Below, in pieces: positions 1-10,099 of a stretch of DNA of 64,000 bases; position 1 is the first letter of the stretch, and each line of letters begins with the position of its first letter. The DNA lies in contig JAHFKN010000003.1 in NCBI GenBank assembly GCA_023245355.1, forward strand, positions 121,368-185,367, written 5' to 3'. The notes beneath the pieces were generated by a model, which was not told where the DNA came from, ran no database searches, and worked only from the letters and a program-made list of their open reading frames with translations. The position numbers and the translations under genes were made by a program. Source of the DNA: Candidatus Gottesmanbacteria bacterium. GTDB lineage: Bacteria > Patescibacteriota > Microgenomatia > UBA10105 > UBA927.

Positions 1-612
1 GTAAAAATCCAAGCCGATACTGTTTAGGTTTTGAAATGTATCCTGATGTTTATTGAGAAAACGCGCGGCATTTGCCCAGGGTTTGGCCAGTACTATTGTC
101 GCGGTTACGTCGACGTCAGCCCCGAATACGTCACGGGTGGCGTCAGCCAGCGACGGGATTTCTTTGAGAAGTTTTCCCGGAGTATACATGGGGTTATTGA
201 GTTCGTTGAGGATTTGCACCGTTTTAACCGGCACGCCGAGCCGGTCAAAATGCCGTTTGACGTTTTTGGCGTGATCGGTGTATGCGCGCCGGATTTCCTC
301 CGGCGATTTGTTTTGGTATGCCCATTTAGGCGGGGTTGAGAGGATGACGATAGGTTCCAGTCCGTGTCTTAGGGCGGCTTGCGCAAGAAGTGCGGATTTG
401 CCCAGGTATGTATCGTTGACCTCATTGGGTTTGGGGGATGCTGTTTTCCATCGGACATCAAACCGGTGTTTAGAAAAACCCAGTTTTTTGATTTCGGGAG
501 CTATACGCTCAAATTGCGCGACGGACACATGATCCATATCCGGTACGTGATGGGTGATAAATACCGAGCGTTCCTGCGGGGGATGGGGTATGGGGAGCGG
601 CGTTTCTGTCAT
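1..612 (-). CDS. Partial (runs off window start) TIM-barrel glycoside hydrolase-like protein; N-terminal ~204 aa
   Basis: Hand-translated open minus-strand frame with no stops from the ATG (complement of 610-612) to position 1: MTETPLPIPH...VQILNELNNPMYTP... The NELN motif resembles the catalytic NEP region of GH5/GH39-type hydrolases. Absent from the ORF track because it is truncated by the window edge. Confidence 0.45.
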   Translation of the reverse strand, partial: MTETPLPIPHPPQERSVFITHHVPDMDHVSVAQFERIAPEIKKLGFSKHRFDVRWKTASPKPNEVNDTYLGKSALLAQAALRHGLEPIVILSTPPKWAYQNKSPEEIRRAYTDHAKNVKRHFDRLGVPVKTVQILNELNNPMYTPGKLLKEIPSLADATRDVFGADVDVTATIVLAKPWANAARFLNKHQDTFQNLNSIGLDFY

Positions 613-659
613 ATACATCTAATTGGGAGGACAGTACACACAAGTATACAGGAATACAG

Positions 660-1874
660 TTATTCTTTGTATCTGCGCAGTGCGGGGATAGTTATGCCCG
701 TTACTGCAACGACGATAAGAGTACCGATGCCGCCGATAATAACGGTCATGGGGGCTCCGACAATACCGGCAAGCAGTCCGGCTTCGACCTCTCCTAATCG
801 CGGGCCGCCTGTATAGAAAATCATGTTAATCGCCGTCATCCTGCCGCGGATATGATCGGGTGTGGAGAGTTGGCGGATAATATTGCGGATAACCGAACTC
901 ATTCCGTCTCCTGCGCCGACGATAATAAGCGCGATGACGGAAAGCAGATACTGTGTCGATAGCCCAAACAGTATCGTGCCGAACGCATACATGACGATAC
1001 TGCCTAACAGTATCGGGCCTGTGTGAAGCCTTTTCCCGACAGTGGCGGCAAAAAATCCGATCAGGGACGCTCCGACAAAAGGAGCCGCATATAAAAACCC
1101 GAGCAGCTCCGGACCGACGTGAAGGACATCCGATGCAAAAATGGGCAACAGAATTGTCGCTTCCGCAAACAGCGTGGAAAAAAAGTCGAGTATCATCGTG
1201 GACCAGATGAGCGTGCGGCTCATAACAAATCTCAAACCTTCTTTGACGGCATGCACGCTTGCCGGCTGCACGGCTCCTTCGACTGCTCCGTGTGCGCTCA
1301 TGGCAAAGAGCGCAAACAACAGAATGACAAACGATAATGAATTGAGCGCATAAATAGAGGCGACTCCGGTCGTTGCGATCAGAAATCCGGCGATTGCAGG
1401 ACCCGCTACCGTTGACGTGTTGTACCCGATAATATTTAAACTTACTGCATTGCCATAATGTTCGCGTTTGACAAGACTCGGAAGCAGCGCGCTCCGTGCG
1501 GGAGAATCCAGACAAAATATCGCTACAAGCAGCGCGTTTATTATAAGCAGATTCGTGACGGTTGCCGTGCCGGTCCAGGTAAGGATTGCCATCATAAGCG
1601 CAAGCAACACCTGAGCCGCTTGGGTGACGTACAGAATTTTTTTCCTGTTGTGTGCATCAACAAGTGTGCCTCCGATCAGGGAAAAAATAATAATCGGCAG
1701 AATTCGCGATGCTCCCAGAAGCGCAAGGACGAACGGGGAATGCGTCATTTCATATAGTTGCCAGTTTAATGCCACCGTCTGCATTTGCGTGCCGGCGTTA
1801 CTTATGAATTGGCCGACCAGTTGCAGGACATAGTCGCGTGATGTAAGTGCGGGATACCGGTGTAATACGTTCAT
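660..1874 (-). CDS. MFS transporter (12-TM permease)
   Basis: 404-aa ORF, hydrophobic throughout with multiple predicted TM segments and an MFS-like G-rich loop pattern. Confidence 0.6.
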   Translation of the reverse strand: MNVLHRYPALTSRDYVLQLVGQFISNAGTQMQTVALNWQLYEMTHSPFVLALLGASRILPIIIFSLIGGTLVDAHNRKKILYVTQAAQVLLALMMAILTWTGTATVTNLLIINALLVAIFCLDSPARSALLPSLVKREHYGNAVSLNIIGYNTSTVAGPAIAGFLIATTGVASIYALNSLSFVILLFALFAMSAHGAVEGAVQPASVHAVKEGLRFVMSRTLIWSTMILDFFSTLFAEATILLPIFASDVLHVGPELLGFLYAAPFVGASLIGFFAATVGKRLHTGPILLGSIVMYAFGTILFGLSTQYLLSVIALIIVGAGDGMSSVIRNIIRQLSTPDHIRGRMTAINMIFYTGGPRLGEVEAGLLAGIVGAPMTVIIGGIGTLIVVAVTGITIPALRRYKE

Positions 1875-1937
1875 ACCTAATATAGAGTGCAGGAAAATTC
1901 AATTGTACCACTGTTATTTTGAAAAACTCAGGGTATA

Positions 1938-3569
1938 GTGGAAAGAGTGAAACAAACCCGTGGTATTCATGATCTGATCCGGCGGTACGGCCTGTATGTA
2001 CTTCTTGTAGTCATATTGGGGATCGGAGCATGGTTTCGGTTTTTCCATATTTTCCGGTCCACCTGGATGCTGGAAGGATACGATGAGTCCCGCGACATGT
2101 TAGTTGCGCGCCACATTGTGGAGTACGGGGATTGGCTATGGCGCGGACCATTGGCTTCCGGGAGCATGAATGCGCTGATGAATTCTCCCGTGTACTACTA
2201 TGTGTTGTCCGTCCTTTGGTTTATCGGCAGATCGCCGTTTTCCGTCATGCTGCTGTGGGCGGCATTGCTTATGAGCGTCGTCTATATGGCATACAGGACA
2301 GGCGTTGAGGCCGGGGATAAACAGTTGGGGATTATCATGGCGCTGTTGTTTGCCCTGCAGCCGACGCTTATCAGCAACAGCAGGCATATCTCGCAGCCGT
2401 ACCTGTTGCCGTTATTTTCCATCCTGTTTTTATGGCTGTTCTGGCGGAGAGGAACGATGACGCTTTGGAGGTTTTGTCTGTTGATTGTCGTTCTTCTGTT
2501 TCCCATGCATATCCATTACGGAAGTCTGCTGATGCTTCCTGCCGGCCTCCTTTGGCTCGGGGTTGTATGGGCAGAGCACGCATTCCGGAAACAGGGAGGA
2601 TTGACATGGAAAATCATACCGCCTCTTGTTGTCGAGTATGTTCTGATGACATGGGTGTGGTTTACTTACGGGAAAACTCCGTTTGACCAGCAGTTTTATC
2701 TGGCTGACGAAATGCACCGGACATTACCCACTGTTCTTCTCAAAATGCGGGACGCGTGGATAGTGACGGCAGATAACATCTGGTGGTCCAAAGATCCCGT
2801 CGTTGTTATCGGCATGCTGATGTTTTTTGCGGGATGTGCCGTTTGGTACGAAAAACAGCGGACGCATCAGAAGCACTCGGGGAGCCGGTCATATTGGTGG
2901 ATGATCTGTTTTGCAGTAATTCCTCCTCTTGTTGCCGGGTTCCACGGGGACAGTGTTCATACCTATTATATGCTCGGCACGCTTCCGGTTCTTCTGTTTA
3001 TTATCGCGGCAGGATTGCATGCATTGCTCTCCTGGAACCGGTATGTGGGGATTGTGTGCATCGGCATCGTCCTATGGATATTTATAGAACAGGCGTCAAC
3101 GGTTATTACCGAGGTTCCGAGAAGACCGTATGTTCAGCAATTGCGGGAGGTGTCAAACATGCTGTATGACGATTACCGTTTTCGGGAGCCGGCAGCAGCG
3201 GGAACCCCCTCACCTTCTATCGCGCTTGCTGTGCTGGCCGGAAAGAACCTGCCGTACGACGGGTGGGGCACGGGGGCACTTTGGTATTTTTTGGAAGAGT
3301 ATTTCAAGCAACGGCTCGTGCGCCTGGATAATTACGGCACGAATTTTTTCCCCGTCGTACAACATCCTTCGTATTTTTACGTACTGTGTGATTACCGGGG
3401 GTTCGGGTCGGATGACAGATGCACGCGGGATTTTAGAGCAGCGAGAACGTATCTTCTGGACAAAAAAGAGGAAAAAATATACGCTGCCGGACCGTTCGTA
3501 TTATGGTTGTTTTACGTCAATCCGTCTCTGCCCGTTTCAAACTATAATATCGCGTATCCGGGATTATAA
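1938..3569 (+). CDS. GT-C fold glycosyltransferase, ArnT/PMT-like (paralog 1)
   Basis: 543-aa polytopic membrane protein. First extracytoplasmic loop carries YDESRDMLVARHIVEYGDW, resembling the DE...GDW motif of ArnT (GT83)/PMT (GT39). GTG start. Confidence 0.55.
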   Translation: MERVKQTRGIHDLIRRYGLYVLLVVILGIGAWFRFFHIFRSTWMLEGYDESRDMLVARHIVEYGDWLWRGPLASGSMNALMNSPVYYYVLSVLWFIGRSPFSVMLLWAALLMSVVYMAYRTGVEAGDKQLGIIMALLFALQPTLISNSRHISQPYLLPLFSILFLWLFWRRGTMTLWRFCLLIVVLLFPMHIHYGSLLMLPAGLLWLGVVWAEHAFRKQGGLTWKIIPPLVVEYVLMTWVWFTYGKTPFDQQFYLADEMHRTLPTVLLKMRDAWIVTADNIWWSKDPVVVIGMLMFFAGCAVWYEKQRTHQKHSGSRSYWWMICFAVIPPLVAGFHGDSVHTYYMLGTLPVLLFIIAAGLHALLSWNRYVGIVCIGIVLWIFIEQASTVITEVPRRPYVQQLREVSNMLYDDYRFREPAAAGTPSPSIALAVLAGKNLPYDGWGTGALWYFLEEYFKQRLVRLDNYGTNFFPVVQHPSYFYVLCDYRGFGSDDRCTRDFRAARTYLLDKKEEKIYAAGPFVLWLFYVNPSLPVSNYNIAYPGL

Positions 3570-3627
3570 TACCCCTGCCATATTGTAATGTGTCTCACAT
3601 ATTGTTATCCTGGCGTCAGGAGGATGT

Positions 3628-3990
3628 ATGTTAAATTTTAATTCTATTTTGCTTTCTTCGGACAATCCGAAAGAGATGATTACGTTTTATACCAAGGTGT
3701 TTGACAAAAAACCTGATTGGGCAGAAGCGGATTGGGCGGGATTTCAGGTTGGGAACGGATTTTTCAGTGTCGGACCGCATGATAAAGTGCGCGGCAAGTC
3801 AAAACAGCCGGAGCGGATACTGTTTAATTTTGAAACAAAAGAAGTGTCCCGTGAATTTGACCGGATCAAAAAGTTCGGTGCAACGGTGATTGCCGAACCC
3901 TATGAAATGGAAGGCATGGAAGGGATGTGGATTGCTACGTTTTCCGATCCTGACGGAAACTATTTCCAACTCATGAGTCCGATGAAATAA
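3628..3990 (+). CDS. VOC/glyoxalase-bleomycin resistance family protein
   Basis: 120-aa protein with the small beta-alpha-beta-beta-beta module signature typical of glyoxalase-like proteins (FSDPDGNYFQL C-terminal strand). Confidence 0.5.
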   Translation: MLNFNSILLSSDNPKEMITFYTKVFDKKPDWAEADWAGFQVGNGFFSVGPHDKVRGKSKQPERILFNFETKEVSREFDRIKKFGATVIAEPYEMEGMEGMWIATFSDPDGNYFQLMSPMK

Positions 3991-4061
3991 CGTCACAACG
4001 ATTGACGGTGTTTTATAGTTGATGCTTTTCCGGTCAGTACTATCCCGCGTATGATGGAAAC

Positions 4062-5696
4062 ATGACCTGGTGGAAACGCACATGGCACGATTGGTACAGA
4101 CGTTTTGACGGACTTACTGATCTCCAGCGCGTCATCGTATTATTTTTCTGTATCGTTATCCTGCATGTACCATCACTGCAGCATGTGTATCTTGCCGCAG
4201 TAAATTACGATGACGGGAGAGATATACTGGTGGCGTCGCATATACTCCGAAACGGGGAATTTCCATTACGAGGCCCATTTGCAGCAGGAGGGTTCAATAT
4301 ACTGCGCAATTCTCCGCTTTATTATTATTTGATTGCATTGTTTCATCTGGCAGGCGGGTATAGTTTAGCCGGAACCTACCTGTTGTGGATACTCGTGTCG
4401 GTATGCTCCGTAAGCCTGCTTTATAGCGTTATAGTATATATTTGGCATGATAGGAACATAGCCGTTGTTTCTGCAGTTTTGGCCGGTATACACCCTTTGT
4501 ATTTTGCCGTCAGCGGTACGATCGCTCAGCCGTATTTATTGACGATTCTGACTTCCATAATGCTGGTATTGATATTTAAACCCGAGCACAGGCTCTCCGA
4601 TGTGCTTTGGATGATTGTTGTTCTCTCTGTCGGCATGCACATTCATCTGAGCATGGTGTTATTGGTGCCGGTTATCAGCGTATGGATAGGTATAACCAGT
4701 TACCGGTTGTATATGAGATCACACAGGTCCATCGAAGTACTACTATGGCCCGTTGCGGTAGCATTCGTATCGGCCGTGTATTGGTTTGCCCTTACGTTCC
4801 GGCAAAGCGTGATGGATCAGGCAGACGCGGTCCTTTCAGGAAAATTTATAAGTTTACATGAAATTCAGTCTGCCTTTCCCCGGATTATAGCAACGTGGAT
4901 TGACCTTGTCGTCGGTATTGACCGTCAGAATACACCCGTATTTATAGGTATGGTAAGTATCATTATCGGGGCAATGTTTTTTTCGGGCATACTGTATCCC
5001 GGAAAAACGCGGCGTGAACACCTCTATTGGTTGGCATTATTGTTTATCACGCCGCTATATTATTCGATATTTTATCGGGGAACAGTCGTAAACGGCTATT
5101 TCATAGTGCTGCTTCCTATCATGATGGTTGTCGGCGCGGGGGTTATACACATGATCTCCCGGATACATATCTATGCAGGAGCGGGTACGGTTTTGTTCGT
5201 AGGATATGTTTTTGTACAATCTGCGCTGCCGCAGATATTCCCGTTTGCACAGATACATATCTTTGAATCGATGCAGTCCGTTGTTCATGCCATAGATATT
5301 AATCAGCAGGTGAGAGCAGGGAAGACGGATGAAGCGGCGCGGGATGATTTTTGGATTGCATTTGTATCAAGTGAGCCGGGAGTATTGGTGGACAGCTGGC
5401 AAACCGGTTCTTTCTGGTATCTCCTTGAACGGAGGATCCGCCATGTATATGTAAGGGTGGTGGATGCCGATATAAATTTTACCGTGCGTAACAGGCACCC
5501 GAAGTATCTGTATCTTATATGTGATGTCCGTGTTTTGCGGATGTATTCCGATATCGATGATTGCGGATATTGGGTCGATCAGATGAATCAGATGTATGGG
5601 CTGTCAAGCGAAGAATTGAGAACAATAAATCCGTATGTGCTCTACGGAATTCCGTTGTCTCCGGAGTCTTTAGAGAAGCTCCCTCAAATTTTCTAA
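4062..5696 (+). CDS. GT-C fold glycosyltransferase, ArnT/PMT-like (paralog 2)
   Basis: 544 aa, clearly paralogous to 1938-3569 (YDDGRDILVASHILRNGEFPLRGPFAAGGFNILRNSPLYYY vs YDESRDMLVARHIVEYGDWLWRGPLASGSMNALMNSPVYYY). Confidence 0.55.
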   Translation: MTWWKRTWHDWYRRFDGLTDLQRVIVLFFCIVILHVPSLQHVYLAAVNYDDGRDILVASHILRNGEFPLRGPFAAGGFNILRNSPLYYYLIALFHLAGGYSLAGTYLLWILVSVCSVSLLYSVIVYIWHDRNIAVVSAVLAGIHPLYFAVSGTIAQPYLLTILTSIMLVLIFKPEHRLSDVLWMIVVLSVGMHIHLSMVLLVPVISVWIGITSYRLYMRSHRSIEVLLWPVAVAFVSAVYWFALTFRQSVMDQADAVLSGKFISLHEIQSAFPRIIATWIDLVVGIDRQNTPVFIGMVSIIIGAMFFSGILYPGKTRREHLYWLALLFITPLYYSIFYRGTVVNGYFIVLLPIMMVVGAGVIHMISRIHIYAGAGTVLFVGYVFVQSALPQIFPFAQIHIFESMQSVVHAIDINQQVRAGKTDEAARDDFWIAFVSSEPGVLVDSWQTGSFWYLLERRIRHVYVRVVDADINFTVRNRHPKYLYLICDVRVLRMYSDIDDCGYWVDQMNQMYGLSSEELRTINPYVLYGIPLSPESLEKLPQIF

Positions 5697-5703
5697 AGCA
5701 AAT

Positions 5704-6315
5704 TCAGAATAATCCTATCTGCCGGGTGGAGTCTATGATTTCCTTGGGGTACGAAAAGTCGACAGCGAAGCTCGATACATTGTTCCAATTGTCGATGTAT
5801 TTAAGCTCTTTGTTTACCACGCCGTAGTCATACAGGTCACGGGTGAGCCAAACGTCCGCTTCGCAGTAATCTTTAAGTTTTTTGAGGCTTTCCTCGTCGT
5901 GCTGGTTCCAATATACAACCGCGTTGGTACCGACGTCCGTTTTGTCCCGCCCGAGTGTATATTTGCCCAGCGTCGACAAACTCAGCGCATGGCCGAGTTT
6001 GGCGCGGACGTGAGCCATGATGTCAAAATGCGGAAGCTTGGAAAAGTGTTCCGGTGCGTACGGGATCAGTGCCGGCACATCAAATTTCAGCGTGTTAAAT
6101 CCTATGATGCGTTTGGCCTGCTTCATGATGTCCCACAACTCCGTCAGGTCTTCTTCCCAGAAGCTGCGCATTTCGCCCGAAATTTCGTGCTGGTTTTCGT
6201 CTACCTGCCGGATATATGCGCCCACGATTGATACGCCCAATAAGCTGGGATCGTTTCCCTCAACTTCAGAAAACAGCCGTTTGGTTTCAATGTCGAAGAT
6301 AACTTCAGTGATCAT
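5704..6315 (-). CDS. DEDD-family 3'-5' exonuclease domain protein
   Basis: Exo motifs FDIET (I), GFNTLKFDVP (II) and YCEADV (III). The ORF-track start at 6357 is probably over-extended; the ATG giving MITEVIFDIET is at 6315. Confidence 0.5.
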   Translation of the reverse strand: MITEVIFDIETKRLFSEVEGNDPSLLGVSIVGAYIRQVDENQHEISGEMRSFWEEDLTELWDIMKQAKRIIGFNTLKFDVPALIPYAPEHFSKLPHFDIMAHVRAKLGHALSLSTLGKYTLGRDKTDVGTNAVVYWNQHDEESLKKLKDYCEADVWLTRDLYDYGVVNKELKYIDNWNNVSSFAVDFSYPKEIIDSTRQIGLF

Positions 6316-6461
6316 AGGGTTAGCGATAGTATAATAAATACCGTGGTGTAAGGGCAAGCCGGAGCAATGGAACGGTCTGAGACAGGTAATTTTGGGGTGC
6401 CGTGCATGGCTTTCGTGCTATGGACAGCACGTGCGGTTTTGGTACAATAATTATTCCTCGT

Positions 6462-7634
6462 ATGAAAAAAACTCTGTGGATTATCGCACTTATCGCCGTC
6501 GTCAACGCGCTAGGATACGGGATTATTATCCCGATTTTATATTCGTATTCGAGAAAATTCGGCCTTACCGATTTTGAAAACGGTTTGCTGTTTTCCGTTT
6601 TTTCGGTGTGCCAGTTTATCGCTACTCCGTTAATCGGCAGGCTTTCCGATGCGTACGGCCGCCGGCCGCTCCTTTTGGTGTCGCTGTTGGGCACGGTCGG
6701 ATCGTTTGTCCTGATGGCCGTTGCACCGAATGCATTCTGGCTTTTCGTCGCACGTGCGCTCGACGGAATTACGGCTGGTAATATCCCTGTGGCTCTTGCC
6801 GTCATTTCCGATACCACCGAGCCCAAAGACAGGGCGAAGGGGTTCGGCATTATCGGTGCGTCGTTCGGGTTCGGTTTTACGTTCGGCCCGGCGATTTCAG
6901 CGCTCACGATTCATTGGGGAACGGCGGTGCCGTTTTTGATAGCGGGAAGTATTGCGTTCATCGCGTTTCTTCTCACACTCGTATTACTTCCTGAAACCAA
7001 TACCCACAAGGGAATTCAGGTGACGAGGCATGTGTTTGATTTCCGGCATCTTTTCCATGCGCTGATCGATCCTGCTATCGGGAAAACCCTGCTGGTTTCA
7101 TTCCTCGTGATGCTTGGGTTTTCCATCTTTATCTATGCGTTCCAGCCGATGTCCGTTGAGCTGCTGCACCTTTCCGCCCGTGAAATATCGGTTATCTTTA
7201 CGGCAATCGGTATCGTAGGCCTGATTTCTCAAGGTGCGGTGATTCCGCGGGTGATCCGCCGTTTCGGCGAACGGCCCGTACTCGTCGGGTCTCTTATTTC
7301 TTCCGTCATTACGTTTGCGCTGTTATATATGACGCGTTCCTATCCGCTCTTTGTAACGATCGTGCTTGTTCAGGCGTTTGCAAACGGATTTTCCAACCCG
7401 GTGATTCAGGCGCTGCTCTCCAAAGAAGCAGACGCGAAAAGTCAGGGTGCGATTATGGGAATCAATGCATCGTACCAAAGCATCGGCCAGATTGTGGGTC
7501 CGGTCATAGGCGGCCTGCTGGCAACCATATTTATCCCGTTGCCGTTTCTGGCTGCGTCAGCCTCGATGCTTGTAGCTGCCGTATTGGCAGTCGGGATGCT
7601 TCACAAACATATACGGCAACAGTCGCTTGTCTAG
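6462..7634 (+). CDS. MFS transporter
   Basis: About 390 aa from MKKTLWIIAL, with 12 predicted TM segments and an MFS motif-A-like GRLSDAYGRRP. The upstream GTG at 6402 looks like an over-extension. Confidence 0.65.
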   Translation: MKKTLWIIALIAVVNALGYGIIIPILYSYSRKFGLTDFENGLLFSVFSVCQFIATPLIGRLSDAYGRRPLLLVSLLGTVGSFVLMAVAPNAFWLFVARALDGITAGNIPVALAVISDTTEPKDRAKGFGIIGASFGFGFTFGPAISALTIHWGTAVPFLIAGSIAFIAFLLTLVLLPETNTHKGIQVTRHVFDFRHLFHALIDPAIGKTLLVSFLVMLGFSIFIYAFQPMSVELLHLSAREISVIFTAIGIVGLISQGAVIPRVIRRFGERPVLVGSLISSVITFALLYMTRSYPLFVTIVLVQAFANGFSNPVIQALLSKEADAKSQGAIMGINASYQSIGQIVGPVIGGLLATIFIPLPFLAASASMLVAAVLAVGMLHKHIRQQSLV

Positions 7635-7692
7635 TGTACCCGGTGAACTGGCTTTTTTCGTGAAAAGGCGTATAATTACCCGTTAATATTGT

Positions 7693-8490
7693 ATGAAATC
7701 ACTGCTCGAACGAACTCCGTATAGCCCGAAAGAAGAACTGAGCCGGAATAGCCTCATCATCACGATAGACGGCTCCACGACTGCAGGGAAGCGCCTTGTC
7801 GCAGAACGGCTTGCCGAACGGTACAACCTCACGGTTTTCAATACCGGTACGACGATACGTTCGTTGGCTCTGCTTGCGATAGAAAACAATCTGGTCGGAA
7901 CGGATAATAATAACGTGACCAATATTCCGGTCGATTTTGTGGAGCGCATGGTGGATTTCTATAAGGCAATGCCGGAGAAGCTGGCTGTCGTAAAACCACG
8001 GGAGGGCGAGCACACTGCACGGATCATGGTCGGCGCCCGGGATATGAGGGGTGAACTTCTGGCGTTTCGGAAACAGAAAGCGGTTGACAACCTGGCGGCT
8101 GTTATAGCCTCCAGCCCGCTGGTGCGGGATCAGTTATACCAGCTTTGGCGCGGTGCGGTGAAAGAACTGGGAGGCGCGATCGTGATCGGAAGAAAAACCG
8201 GCTTGGATTTATATCCGGATGCGCCGATAAAATTGTATCTTTTTGCAAGTCCGGAAGCATCGGCCGCGTACCGCGTGACGCATGACCCGACGTCACTTAT
8301 GCATCAGAGCACGGAAGAACTGTATATCCGGGAGCGTGACGGTCAGGACCGTGTCAACGGATTGTTGGACAGACCTGCGGATGCCCTCGCAGTCGATACC
8401 AGTTCGTATATAAGCCGTGACGGGAAGGGAATGTTGGAATTAGAAGAAAAGATTGCTTCTCACATCGACAGCCGCTTTATTATCAAATAA
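7693..8490 (+). CDS. Cytidylate kinase-like (CMP/dCMP kinase family) protein
   Basis: IITIDGSTTAGKRLVAERLAE resembles the Cmk ITIDGPSGAGKGT P-loop region (degenerate). At 265 aa it is longer than typical Cmk. Confidence 0.45.
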   Translation: MKSLLERTPYSPKEELSRNSLIITIDGSTTAGKRLVAERLAERYNLTVFNTGTTIRSLALLAIENNLVGTDNNNVTNIPVDFVERMVDFYKAMPEKLAVVKPREGEHTARIMVGARDMRGELLAFRKQKAVDNLAAVIASSPLVRDQLYQLWRGAVKELGGAIVIGRKTGLDLYPDAPIKLYLFASPEASAAYRVTHDPTSLMHQSTEELYIRERDGQDRVNGLLDRPADALAVDTSSYISRDGKGMLELEEKIASHIDSRFIIK

Positions 8491-9058
8491 TCCGTGCACG
8501 GGTATTTGAGCGGACGATATCCAGCGGGTGCTTCGTGCCTTTTTCCCAAAGTTTAAATCCGTCGTAATTGTATTCCGGGGTTTTGAGTTTTTTGTCGGTG
8601 TGCATCTGTTCGATTTCTGCGGGCGTAAAAAAACCGTAATTTTGTATTTCTTCAGCCTGCATTCTGAACGTTCCGTCGAGTATGGTTCCGCAGAATGCGT
8701 AGCCCACGTGCATTTTCACCTTTCCGTTTCGCGCGCCGTTTTCGCCTGTCGGAGTTTCATGGATCCCGTTTTTCTCATAGTAATGCCATACGCCGAGCAG
8801 CTGATCCAGGCGGATATCCAGGTCCAGTTCTTCTTTGGCTTCCCGTAGTGCTGCAATTTCCGGTTCTTCACCCATCAGATCGTCGACATAGCCGGCAATA
8901 GGCGACCACTTGCCGCCGTGTTCATCCAGATCCTGAACCATCAGGAGGCGTCCGCGTTCGTCGGACAGAAATATGGAAACGGATGCTAAACTGCTGCTGC
9001 GTTCGGCCCAAGCTGGTTTTTCCGGGATCGGGACAGGTGATTGTTCTTTTGTAGCCAT
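8483..9058 (-). CDS. NUDIX hydrolase
   Basis: Nudix box GYVDDLMGEEPEIAALREAKEELDLDI matches Gx5Ex7REUxEExGU. Confidence 0.6.
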   Translation of the reverse strand: MATKEQSPVPIPEKPAWAERSSSLASVSIFLSDERGRLLMVQDLDEHGGKWSPIAGYVDDLMGEEPEIAALREAKEELDLDIRLDQLLGVWHYYEKNGIHETPTGENGARNGKVKMHVGYAFCGTILDGTFRMQAEEIQNYGFFTPAEIEQMHTDKKLKTPEYNYDGFKLWEKGTKHPLDIVRSNTRARII

Positions 9059-9373
9059 AGGAAAAGGGTATTATAACGCAAACGGGGCGTATTTAGAAAT
9101 CGGCAGGTCCTACGTAGAGCGCGGGGTTTTCGAGGATATCCTCGTTCAGGTCGGAAGGATAGAGAGTGCACTCGCGTTTGTCGTGAGAGGGCTCCCGGCG
9201 GGGATGCATATCAGGAGGCGGAGTTTGATCATGTCCGATGTGTGCATCTGCAGTGTCCTGCCAGCCTTCCTTGCCGGGTGTATGCTCCGCTCGGGTCATA
9301 CCAGCCCGTATTATACCCACCCCGGTCAATAAATCAATGGACGGAGATTTTTTTCCGGTGCTATACTTACTTT

Positions 9374-10099
9374 ATGGCTGCCCATCGCCACCGCGTGACT
9401 ATTTACCCGACAAAAATCCATCTTGTGGCGACATTTTTTGTCATGCTGCTTCCGTTTGTGTTTCTTATCGTTTTTGCCGGCATCGCTCATTTGGCCGTAG
9501 GTACGCTGTTTCTTGAGTTAGTCGCGTCAGTAAGCAGGCTCGCTGTCGCGTACGGTATAGCCGTAGTACTTGCCTGGATCGGGGCAATTTCTTTTTATCG
9601 GGGGAAGCTCGCTTCCGTCGCTCTGCCGGTTTTTGACGTGCTGCAGAGTTTTCCCACATTTGCCGCACTCCCCATTGCCACGCATCTTTGGGGCAGATCA
9701 GATACGACAGTTATTTTGTTTCTGATTATTACGGTCATCTGGCCGATATTTTTTTCGATTCTCAGTAACGTGCGGCTTATGAAACACGACTGGGAGGAAT
9801 CAGCGGAAATCGTGGGACTGAAAGGATTTGATTATCTCCGGTTATTCGTGTTGCCGGTTTCGATTCCCGGCCTTATCACCGGGAGCATTATCGGGTTGGG
9901 GGAGGGCTGGGAAGCGTTAGTTGCAACGGAAATTATCGTGCGTACCAATACGGGATTAGGCAATTTTTTCCAGCAGTATGCGCAGAATACACCTATTACG
10001 TCGTTTGGTATTTTGGGCCTGATGGTGCTTATTTTCAGTATCAATAAACTTATCTGGATACCGCTTCTGGATTGGAGCCACAGGCTCCTGGAGGAATAA
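9374..10099 (+). CDS. ABC transporter permease (nitrate/sulfonate/taurine NitT/TauT-type)
   Basis: Six TM helices with an EAA-like loop. Start chosen at ATG 9374 (MAAHRHR...); the ORF-track start at 9242 is hydrophilic junk. Its stop overlaps the next gene's start (TAATG). Confidence 0.55.
   Translation: MAAHRHRVTIYPTKIHLVATFFVMLLPFVFLIVFAGIAHLAVGTLFLELVASVSRLAVAYGIAVVLAWIGAISFYRGKLASVALPVFDVLQSFPTFAALPIATHLWGRSDTTVILFLIITVIWPIFFSILSNVRLMKHDWEESAEIVGLKGFDYLRLFVLPVSIPGLITGSIIGLGEGWEALVATEIIVRTNTGLGNFFQQYAQNTPITSFGILGLMVLIFSINKLIWIPLLDWSHRLLEE

Noticed and set aside
31-339. Plus-strand ORFs (31-339, 53-274, 278-532, 379-816) at the window start
   Set aside because: They lie antisense to an uninterrupted 204-codon minus-strand frame with a recognisable TIM-barrel hydrolase motif (NELN). 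The plus-strand translations are low-complexity with no motifs.
826-1515. 229-aa minus-strand ORF rich in Arg/Cys/Ser, antisense to and inside the MFS transporter gene
   Set aside because: Fully embedded antisense to a well-supported membrane protein gene. Its composition is typical of an out-of-frame reading of a GC-balanced gene. Similar antisense and alternate-frame ORFs were rejected for the same reason, including 28059-28772, 30074-30625, 30782-31579, 36001-36691, 57157-57678, 57683-58038 and 29500-29993 (the poly-Ala/Leu readings of the CAG tract).
9059-9373. TPP (THI-box) riboswitch upstream of the NitT/TauT ABC transporter
   Set aside because: The conserved CUGAGA and GGGGUGC(C) elements and the ACCUGAUCUGGAUAAUGCCAGCG stretch are absent.
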